Source: Phoronis australis (lineage: Eukaryota > Animalia > Phoronida). From it: 64,000 nt of DNA. The notes under the pieces were generated by a model. The model was given only the letters and a program-made list of their open reading frames with translations, did no database searches and was not told where the DNA came from. Shown here piece after piece: positions 28,101-40,100 of this stretch. The translations under genes were made by a program, and so were the position numbers. The stretch spans positions 62,001 through 126,000 of the forward strand of contig NMRA01000439.1 in assembly GCA_002633005.1 (NCBI GenBank), written 5' to 3'. Positions within the stretch are counted from its first letter, which is position 1. Every line of letters starts with the position of its first letter.

Positions 28101-31100
28101 GTCACAATGAGGGCGCTGTGCTGCAGGTTGTAAGATTAATAAGTTTGAAAGTGTCACAGTGAGGGCGCTGTGCTGCAGGTTGTAAGATTAACACGTTTGC
28201 AAGTGATAATGAGGGTGCTGTGAGGCAGGTTGTAAGTTCAGTATTTAAATCTCAAATACATCGCTCTCTTAGTTATATATTGGATGCTGTTCAGGTACTA
28301 CGTAACATCACTATCGCTTTGGGACATCCTGTTTCACACAATGGCAAGTGTCCAATGTTCTGACTTTCTTTTGAGATGATCACAAAAAGTTGCGAAACAA
28401 GGCAAATTTACACTCTTGTTTCCTATTATCATTATACCGCAGTCGGAAAGGAACGCATAGGATGCGTTAAGTTTGGCTAAATAACATGCGTCATTCTTCA
28501 CAAACATTTTTAAGTCTGGTCTGCACGCCACCTGTTGGCCATATCATGCGACACAAGTCTGAAAAGATTTCTGCTCTGACCGGGACTCGAACCCGGAATC
28601 TTCTGCTAACCATGTAGACACTCTAGATCACAGAGCAAACGGGACGACTGGTCGAACACATTCTTAGCAATGGACATCCCGCCCATAAACTCCTGAGTAT
28701 ATATAAATATGTATATCTTAAACCAACTTGGAAATATAGATCACTAACATTCTTATGTCTGGTAATTCTCACTTAACCTTTCTTTGATGTCGGCCATTTT
28801 TTTACAGATTAATTTTGGCATGAGGGCTTTTCCGCATCATTTTTCAAGTGAGCATGCTGCCACGCATCTGAACATTAGGTAACTTTAAACTGCCAACAAC
28901 TTCCAATCCGCCAATCGCACGCAAGAAAGGCCAAGCAGACACACTCACCAATCTTGTTGCCCTTGTCCGCGATGCTCTTGCGGACGCTGTGTATGGTACT
29001 CAAGCTGGGGATGGACGTCACCCGCGGCAACATGGAATGTGACTCGGAGATGGGGATGTTACCGAAAGAAGGAGAGTGGGACACGATTGGTGACGTTGGT
29101 GAGGTGGAGACAGGCGAAGGAGAAGCTAAAACAAGAAATGAGTCGACTTCATTGTTTCTTCAAGTTTCCTAGGTAATGAAATCAAATTCTTACCTAAGAA
29201 TGGACACGGCAGTGACGAAGCGTGGCGAGTGCTTTTTACTGTTTACAGCAGATTTTAAAAAAAGCGGCTTACTTCGTTTGAATGCATTTGGCATCTTCCA
29301 AATCAAGAAGGAAAGCAGAAGACAAATAACAGTGCATAAATCATTAGAAACTCAGCTTCAAAATTTCCCATATTCTTGACGGTAAGAACTATTGGGAAGA
29401 TGATTGACATTCTCTTGGTGCCGCCCATTCTTTTGAAAACTAGTTGATGCTCAACAAAAGAAAGAACCAGAGCCTGCGCTGTTAATTTTATTTTTGTGAC
29501 AACAACTAAACCAACTGCACACTCGCCATTACCTGCATAGGGACTGCTGATGTGCGAGCCCACCATGTGTTTGAGCAGATTCTCTGAGGAGTAGTTGGTC
29601 GACATCTGACGGTTCTCCGGATGCAGAATGCAATCCATGTCGATCTCGTCCTTCGGGTCGGGGATGGAGATGTTNAGTACCCAGGATAGCCCTGGCGGCT
29701 CTATTTTGGATTACTTGGACTTTGTTTACAAGTGTGTCACTAGTGTGCCCCCAAACCGGTAAACAATAATCAATATGAGGCTGAATAATACAATGGTAAA
29801 GGGTCTTAAGGGTACGGACATTAAGAAATTTGCCTAGACGTTTAAGTACACCGATTTTCTTTGATAATTTCTTTGTGATATGATCTATGTGCATATTAAA
29901 TTTAAGATTGGGATCTAAAATAAGGCCCAAGTACTTAAACTTGTCAACATTCTCGATGGGAGAACCGTTGATAGAAAGGGATAGTTTTTGTTGCTTTAAT
30001 TTTTGGTGGGTTCCAAACAGCATCGACTTGGTTTTACTAACGTTAAGAGTGAGTTTATTTTGAATCAGCCAGTCATGGATAATGGCTAGCTCATAACAAC
30101 AATTATAAAAGTTCTATAATTTCACACCATAAACTTCAGTCTATATATTTCAAATCTTTGTGACCTGAAATTTGCCACCACCTACCTTCCTTTTGCATGG
30201 CCTGTACAAATTCACTAGACACCGGGGCATAGACATTGATTTTTGAGCCAACACCAACAGTCAGACAGTGAGAACCGTCCTCCATAGACACCCAGTCCAG
30301 CTGTACCAAGTGTTTCTGGATTAGCACACCTGGAAGTAGAGTAGTTTGCAAATGTCACAATGAGGGCGCTGTGCTGCAGATTGCAAGATTAATAAGTTTG
30401 CAAGTGTCACAATGATGGCGCTGTGCTGCAGGTTGCAAGATTAATAAGTTTGAAAGTGTCACAGTGAGGGCGCTGTGCTGCAGGTTGCAAGATTAATAAG
30501 TTTGCAAGTGTCACAATTACGGCGCTGTGCTGCAGGTTGTAAGATTAACAAGTTTGCAAGTGATAATGAGGGTGCTGTGCGGCAGGTTGTAAGTTCAATA
30601 TTTAAATCTCAAATACGTCACTCTCTTAGTTATATACTGGATGCTGTTTAGGTACAACGTAACATCACGATCGCTTTGGGACATCCTGGTTCACACAATT
30701 GCAAGTGTCCAATGTTCTGACTTTATTTTGCGATGATCACAAAAAGTTGCAAAACAAGGAAAATTAACACTCGTTTCCTATAACTATTACACCGCAGTCG
30801 GAAAGGAACGCATAGGATGTGTTAAGTTTGGCTAAATAACGTGCGTCATTCTTCACAAACATTTTTAAGTCTGGTCTGCACGCCACCTGTTGGCCAAATC
30901 ATGCCACCTAATGAACACAAGTCTGAAAAGATTTCTGCCCAGTACTCGAACCCGGAACCTTCTGCTAACCATGCAGACACTCTAGTTCACAGAGCAATCG
31001 GGACGACTGGTCGAACACATTCTTAGCAATGGACATCCCGCCCATAACTCCTGAGTATATATAAATATGTACATCTTAAACCAACTTGGAAATATAGAAC

Positions 31101-34100
31101 ACTAACAATCTTATGTCTGGTAATTCTCACGTAATACCTTTCTTTGATGTCGGCCATTTTTTACAGATAAATTTTGGCATGGTTTTTCCACATCATTTTT
31201 CAAGTGAGCATGCTGCAACGCCACTGAACATTAGGTAAATTTAAACTGCCAACAACTTCCAATCCGCCAATCGCACGCAGGAAAGGTCAAGCAGACAAAC
31301 TCACCAATCTTGTTGCCCTTGTCTGCGATGCTCTTACGGACGCTGTGTATGGTACTCAGGCTGGGGATGGACGTCACCCGCGGCAACATGGAATGTGACT
31401 CGGAGATGGGGATGTTGCCGAAAGAAGGAGAGTGGGACACGATTGGTGACGTTGGTGAGGTGGAGACAGGCGAGGGAGAAGCTAAAACAAGAAATGATTC
31501 GACTTCATTGTTTCTTCAAGTTTCCTAGGTAATGAAATCAAATTCTTACCTAAGAATGAACAAGGCAGTGACGAAGCGTAGCGAGTGCATTTTACTATTT
31601 ACAGCAGATTTTTAAAAAAGCGGCTTATTTCGTTTGAATGCATTTGGCGTCGTCTTCCAAATTACTGTGAAAATTAAGAAGGAAAGCAGAAGACAAATAA
31701 CAGTGCATAAATCATTAGAAACTCAGCTTCAAAATTTCCCATATTCTTGACGGTAAGAACTATTGGGAAGATGATTGACATTCTGTTGGTGCCGCCCATT
31801 CTTTTGAAAACTAGTTGATGCTCAACAAAAGAAAGAACCAGAGCCTGCGCTGTTAATTTTATTTTTGTGACACCAACTAAACCAATTGCACACTCGCCAT
31901 TACCTGCATAGGGACTGCTGATGTGCGAGCCCACCATGTGTTTGAGCAGATTCTCTGAGGAGTAGTTGGTTGACATCTGACGGTTCTCCGGATGCAGAAT
32001 GCAATCCATGTCGATCTCGTCCTTCGGGTCGGGGATGGAGATGTTGCGCAAATCGATGCGATCCTCCAGAGTCCACTGAGAGCCGCCCGTCGACTCACAT
32101 TCGTAGATCGCCACTGCCAAATTCACGTACTTGTTCTCTGGGTTGTCACGACAAGCCTTCACATCGCCTGTTCGATAGGCGACGGCAATCCGACCACTGT
32201 AGGCACATGACACCGTGATTGGTCGACCTGGACAAAAATATGGATAAAGATAACGACATGTGTACAGTTTTCATGATTTGTGATAGTCACTGTGTCTAAG
32301 AATAATCAAAATACCGTTAGCACACGGCTGGTCAACACAGAGCAGGGGAGATTATCAAGTTAGCACACGGCTGGTCAACACAGAGCAGGGGAGATTATTA
32401 AGTTAGCACAATCTTGACCCTTCTTACATAATGTAGTCCAAAGAGAAAAGTATGAGGGCTCTTGCCGACACATTCGCTACAACACACATCAATCCACTCC
32501 GTATAGTTCTGCATGACTTTCATTACGACAACACAGTACTGGGCGGTACATAACATAAATAATAGATAGGCAACAGATTTGGGAGCAAATGAGCCATCTC
32601 TAACTCAGAAATTGACCAGTTTTCCCTTTCAAAGCAAAGCAATTTTCAGTACGATAACATGGAGAATTAAGTAATTTTACCAGACTTGATAAATGTGAAG
32701 ATGCAGACCTGATACCGTGATGGCACTGGAGTCCTTGTGAATCATCATATCCCACTCCACCCAGGAGAACGTGTCGTCCCCGCCCCCGGGATCCTGCAAC
32801 ACCTTACACCGCCAGAACCGCGCCTGGCCATCCGTGCAGGCTGTGCTGAAGAGATACGGGGAGAAGCATGCTGGGTAGATGGAGGACGAGGAGAGGTGGC
32901 CTGAGGCGACATCCGCATCAATGACCTCCACCCCAGGAGGTAGGTCGAGGTGCTGTGTACACACCTGTACAAAAAGACACACAAATAAGATGTTCAGTTG
33001 CCAAGCACCAGCTAGCAGCCCCAGCTAGACGTCTGGTATTAAACCAGCTCTTTACTAATCCACTGACAGCCGCATTACCAAATAACAACCCCACCTAGCG
33101 TTCTATCATAAAACCAGTTGTTTACTAATCTTGACACTTAAATTTCTGTTGGCATAAGAAAATCCAACCCATGAATTCTAACTGATAATCTCAAGTTTGC
33201 AACAAAGATAACCTGTAAGTTTCTCTCAAGCCCACAAACACTTAATCTCTCAAGCAACAAGTTATAACGGTGAGTGGTCCACTCAAAAGTTAGTGGTTTT
33301 TATCTCAAAAGATTGCCAGTCAGGTGTTACCAAGTAGGTACCATAACGAAAATAAATTCAATGTTTTTCAAGAAATGGAATTTTGACGAGATTGTTCGAT
33401 TCAGCTCATTACATGTTTCGGAAACAAACAGCTGGCACTAGACTGATGATGAAAAAACAATGAGACGTAAAGTTTTGGTTAGGTATGACAAAATTAGTCA
33501 TACACATGGGCCTGTATGAATCATAATCTTCATCAGTTAAAAATGAGACCTCTTTTTATAAAACATTGATAACTGAGTCAAGACTACATGGAACAAGACC
33601 TTGACTTTTGCGAAAGTTATTTACAAGCTGAATCACGAAAAAAAGTCAACAGCAACAAATCACGTAAAATACACGCACCTTATTGGTCTTAATAGTGAGC
33701 TTGGGTAGTGACGTCTCATCTAGTACTACATCCGGCATTTCCGGAATGATAGGGGTTGACGGATCCGAGGCGTCTTCTTTTTCTTCCAGGATCACCGTGG
33801 AATCTGGCGCGTACCGGAAACTGGTGTTGAATTGGTCTGCAAAGATGGGATGAGATTTTTTACAGATTTTATTTTTAATTCATTCCTTATTGTACAGGAT
33901 CACCAAAAACAAAGGGTACAGGCAGGGGCACTTTTGGAAAGATGTTTGAAAAAATCAACCTTGCATCGTTCAGCATGCCTGGCACAGGGCACATGGTGGC
34001 AAAATGTCCTTCACTGATCAATTTTTAGTACTAAAGGAACAAATAAAACACCATTTCAAGCTGTATACTAATTGGGCTTTCCTGGCTTCTTGCCTTTTAA

Positions 34101-37100
34101 CTCTGTAAACCGCTGACTAACTGAACCCTCTCTGATATTTCATGTTCATGACAGAGCAGATTGACATGACTGACACATACAACTTTCCAAAAGAGCCCAT
34201 CTTTTTCTAAGTTGAAACTGGTGATGGTAAGAAATGCAAAGTACGGTGAAAGTTCTCCAGTTTGGGACAGTGAAACATTTATTATTTTCCACAAGGTCAG
34301 AACTTATACCAAATTTTAGAAAAGCAATATTAGACGTTCCAAATTCACGAATTAGGATAAATGACATGACAAACCTTCAATCACCTCAATGCTACACTGA
34401 AATTTGAGAAATACAACAAACACTAAAATTGACCGTGTCCCAATCTTCAGAATCACGGAAATTCAAATTCTGCTTGAATTTCTGTGTCCCAAATTTTAGA
34501 GACTGGCCAACGGGGAGAGTTGTGACCATAATCACCACCAATCAGCTACAGAGCATTTAGTCAATCTAAATTACCTTAATGTACCACTGAGTAATTTCTA
34601 AGCAAATGGCAAGTTACATCCAAACTAAAGTTTTGTTGCGTTAAATCTGTCGCAAAATCTTTGACACATGCCTTACCCCTATTGGATGCCTCAGAAGAGA
34701 TGACAATACGCCACATGTGAATGGCAGACCCTCCTTCCAGCACCTTCTCCACCACAACGAGGTAAAAATGTTCTTCAAACTCGGGCTTATTACGCAGATC
34801 AACATACGCCTCGAGGTTGCCCGCAGGCGACATCTCGTCGTAGTGCGTAGAAGACCGACCTGTAATCATCTGCTCTTGGAACACATGCAGTAGCTGTGTG
34901 TGGGTCCAGTCCTGCAAAGCGGGAGGGGAGATGAAAGACTGGCAGGAGAATGGAAAAGTGTAGTAGTTGATTGACCGCTAAGTGATACTTATAATTGGGC
35001 GCGGTTAGCATGTGATTGACAGCAGACTGGACTTTGGCAGGCAATGTGTGATGGCTGGACACGCAAAACTAGTGACTACACAATGACATAATTACATTGA
35101 ACAAACAGCTAGCCAATGTGAAAACTATCTAGGAAATATCTCACAACAATAAAAACAATGATATCAATTCAATCAATTCAAATAAACATAAAGTCAGATT
35201 TGCAACACTGGCAGTAAAGCTTGTATCACTGACTATGACAGAATTTCACAAACAACCAGTCCATTTTCGGTAAAAACATATACTTTAAAATAAGCCACAC
35301 AAAAATTTGTGTTTTTTACGATTATCTGACCAGGGCTATTAAAATTGTCTAAAGAACGCTGCGATAAAAAAAGCAAAATCTGCCACAGTATCTTGATCTG
35401 GATTACGACTTCTAGTTGACGTCAACGTCAACATTGGCTATACAAGGACAGTGACACTTGCATCGTACAAAATTTACCGATTTCTTATAAGACCTATCTA
35501 CTAACTTTGATTTTACGTATACATTTTCATGTACGACTACCAGATATAACTAATCGCAGTGTAGACATGTGTTCAACCCAACTTCTTCAGTTAAATTGTC
35601 GAGCACGACATGTGTTCCAACCCAACTTCTTCAGTTAAATTGTCGAGCACAACGTGTGTTCCAACCCAACTTCTTCAGTTAAATTGTCGAGCACGACATG
35701 TGTTCCAACCCACCTTCTTCAGTTAAATTGTCAAGCACGACAATCCGAGTGTGTAGCTAGTGGTACAAAAGTCGTATACCAAGACGTATACGAAAATAGA
35801 CAGTGTTTCAAAATATATTTTAAAAAAACAGGAATGTGTAGGCAAGGTTTTATACATACTTACAAATCTCGATTTTACCTTAGGTATGTAGGACTTATGC
35901 AAAACGTACAAATTTGTCTGACTTTGGAACATGATATAACATAAATGGCTGTGGAATGATTTTTAAAACGTTTTTTTTTTCAAGTAGGGCCAATNTAAAA
36001 AAAGCAAAATCTGTCACAGTATCTTGATCTGGATTACGACTTCTAGTTGACGTCAACGTCAACATTGGTTATACAAGGACAGTGACACTTGCATCGTACA
36101 AAATTTACCAATTTCTTATAAGACCCATCTACTAACTTTGATTTTACGAATACATTTTCATGTACGACTACCAGATATAACTAATCGCAGTGTAGACATG
36201 TGTTCCAACCCAACTTCTTCGGTTAAATCGTCGAGCACGACATGTGTTCCAACCCAACTTCTTCAGTTACATTGTCGAGCACGACATGTGTTCCAACCCA
36301 CCTTCTTCAGTTAAATTGTCAAGCACGACAATCCGAGTGTGTAGCTAGTGGTACAAAAGTCGTATACCAAGACGTATACGAAAATAGACAGTGTTTCAAA
36401 ATATATTTTAAAAAAACAGGAATGTGTAGGCAAGGTTTTATACATACTTACAAATCTCGATTTTACCTTAGGTATGTAGGACTTATGCAAAACGTACAAA
36501 TTTGTCTGACTTTGGAACATGATATAACAAAAATGGCTGTGCTTCCTGCACTGCTATCCAAAACAAAGTTAGGAATGATTTTTAAAACTTTTTTTTTTCA
36601 AGTAGGGCCAATAAAATAGGACCGTTACAGTTTTTATCAAAAAACTCAGAATTTGTAAAAGACAAAATAATTGACAAAACTGGAACAGCATTTTGAGATT
36701 ACATCATGAACACTTGTATCAAATAAAATTTCGCCACGTTACTGTTACAAATGTTTTGCTAAATTTTATTAAGAACACATGGTCATGTGACCCACTGAAT
36801 GGTATGGTATGAAGTCAATAATCACGTTCAACAGGATTTCGGCTCTCAGAAACAATAGGAGTTAAAATATACTTTATTTTGTAGATGTTTGGCAATACAC
36901 ACAGAGTTGACGGTAAGGTCCTGTATAACAATAATGGTTGAAATTCATACGTCATTAATGTCTGTGGCCAATTCCAATTCAGTCAAAAAAGATCACGAGT
37001 AACAAGCTCACCTGCTTGGTGCCAGCGATGTCGTCCAACTCGACAATACAGCCTGGCCGTGCTGTAGACTGGAGACTGACAATATTGCACTTTGGGGCAG

Positions 37101-40100
37101 ACGCTGGTGCCACCTGGTCGCCATCGGAGCTGGTGCTACTGGACATGCTCTGAAATGGCAGAAAACGTCTCCATAACGCTGTCACCATGGGTTACACATA
37201 GCCTGCATTTTGAAACAACATCTCCCATAAACTGTCAAAGAATAACTTTTAATTTAGACCACTTAAATTTTTTGAAAATTGGTCTCACACTGTTATTACC
37301 CAGATTTGAAGTTGTTTCTGGGCTTCGGAACGACTGACAGATTGTTAGTGCTTGAGAAACAAAGGTGAGTCAAATATGCTGCGTTCTGATTGGTCATTTA
37401 AGCCGTCGCACAATATCCTGGCAACAGGTAAATCGGTAGGATGTCCATAACGCTTTAAGCGGTGTTATGCAATACTACAGACGTTAATCATAACTTACGG
37501 CTCGTTTCCTCGACGTGTCGAACTGAGAAATGAGTGCCCTGGCGTCTATGACAGCCTGGTACACGCGTAAGCTGGCGCCATCTGATGCCACAAACAGAGA
37601 ACTAGGCGAGTTGGATACCATGCCAAGGGCAGAGCTAGCAATAAAGATCAACACATCACACTGAGCTGCGTCATCCTTAGAACAATTGACAAAATCTGTT
37701 AAAGTTTTGATGAAAACGAATTAAAGAAAATTGAAAGATATTATGAATTAATGAATGGGCCTCTTGTGATAATAGTCTCAAAACCAGATTACAGAGATTG
37801 TAGAATATGGCTACACAAATTATTCCATAAGCAAAGACATAAACCGTATGGACCACATGCACTCAACATGGGGCCGCATCAAACTGGATGTGCATAGAAT
37901 TACGATGCGCCTGTCGTATCTTTACAAAAAATTCAATAGCAAATCAGGTTTACAGTAGACATACTAAGCTCCAGTGCCAATGGCAAACTCTACCTCCGGA
38001 AAACCAGGACTTAATTTTGGTAAACATTTGTTTTTCTTCTTTGATGCCATGCCAAGAAACCATCATGATTCCAATGTCTGGTAGAGTGATCTACAGGCAT
38101 CTTTAATCCAGGTACCTGGGTAATGTTTAATTGTATAGTTTTTCTCTCAGTTGCTTATAGTTTTTTAGGCAACCTTTTCAGGGGTACCCGGGGATATTCC
38201 TGGACCGAGCCTTTATGATTTGTGTTCGTATGTGTGATTTTGTGGTTCGTGCACATGATTTTTGTTCGTATGCTTTAAATAAATAAAGTGGATAACACTC
38301 ACCTCGGTAAGAGAGTGGGTAACCAGGCAACATTTGAGAAAGCTGAGATGACAGGTGAGTTGATGCGCGCCAGCTCCGTGATACCACCTGACTTGGACAG
38401 CGGACCCACGGCGTCCACACGCCAGAGAATAAGCTCGCTGCACAACCCAGGGCCCTCCTCACCCTTCTGGGTGTAGTATGAGTAGCGATCAGCTGAAGAA
38501 CCAGGCCCCGGCATGCCCCCACCGCTGCGCCTCGACGCCCCCAGACCCGCTGCGTGGCGATGCGATGGACTATTTGGCACCGTGGAGGATGAACTGATGT
38601 TGTGGTGCGATGTGGACAATAATAGCGGCAGTACTGGGTGGCACGCTGCACTGTTAGCACGGAATCGGTGTCCGCACGCACGTGACGCGTGTGCCACACT
38701 CAACACCTGGCTGAACTTTGACCTCTCCGAGAACGACACCTGCCATTGATTAAGTGAGCCATTCTGGTGCTTTGTCAACATCAGCACACAGGGGCTCAAG
38801 ACATTGTTGTCGTTCTGACCTGGTGAGTCTCTGCCGGTGGCATGCGCCGACATCTGCATCGCTGAGAGCACTCCCCCATTGCGTCTCTCTCGGCTCTCAT
38901 GCATCTTGAGCGCGGACTTGATGTCCATCTCGCTGTGTTTACAGTAGAGACACAAGTTGTTATTGAGTGTCATGGCGTCGCCGATGGGCAACGCATTTGG
39001 GATACGCGACGAGAAACTGATCTGAGCTTGTCGGAATGAGCCGTGGATATAATCGTCTAACCAGTCTACCAGCCTGCAATAGTCAATAATACAGCCTGCA
39101 ATAGTCAATAATACAGGCTGCAATAGCCAATAATACAGCCTGCAATAGTCAATAATACAGCCTGCAATAGTCAATAATACAGGCTGCAATAGCCAATAAT
39201 ACAGGCTGCAATAGCCAATAATACAGGCTGCAATAGTCAATAATACAGCCTGCAATAGTCAATAATACAGCCTGCAATAGCCAATAATACAGCCTGCAAT
39301 AGCCAATAATACAGCCTGCAATAGCCAATAACACGGGGGACGGTTACTTGACCGATTTGGCGAAGTATTTGTCAGAGCCTGACAGTCATCACCAACATTA
39401 TAAGAAAGCGTTTTTACTTAAGATGTTAAGGTCCCCATGTGCTACCAGTATGTATCTGGACAGAACAGTATTACAGTTAGCCATGATCCTACAACTTTAA
39501 AACAATTCAGGAAATAGCTGACAAAACCAAAGTGGCCAACACTTTGTAGTAAACATCTAGCACACAGAACACACAGCATACTTTACTTAGGAGTAAAGAA
39601 TACAAGTATAAATGAAGAAACGACAGATTACAATACACTCATCCCCTCTTACCAGACAAGTAAACTGCCATCTTTGGGGTGAATGCTAAACAACATGTCG
39701 CCTCCAGTATGCCAGTCTTGCAAGAGGTGTTCTATCTGACGATCCAGTGCCTCGTCAGCGGCAATCTAGGGCAGACAATCAGATAATGAACAAGACATGG
39801 CGTGAGCCTAGGCTGCATTCCGCAGACGCACGAATTTTGCGAAAACACAAGATGACGCAAGACCTTCCATGATGTAGCCACGCAATACAAGCAAGCATGT
39901 GATAGCACTAGGTTTTCTCGTGAGAGTCTTGGGTCTACACAACACTGATGCACTTCAAGTAACAATCATGGCTTTAACAAGGCTTATTCAATATGGATAT
40001 TTGTTGTAACTCCTCAAAGAATGAAAATGAGTAAAAATGACCAATCCCAAATTTTCAAACTTTTGAGTTAAAGAGCATAAAGGATGGAATACACGTAAAA

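Noticed and set aside
29529-30023. ORF fusing LINE RT to DMXL-derived sequence
   Set aside because: Crosses the N at 29675; contig-join artefact
16770-38749. Many plus-strand ORFs overlapping large exons
   Set aside because: Antisense shadows of GC-richer DMXL exons
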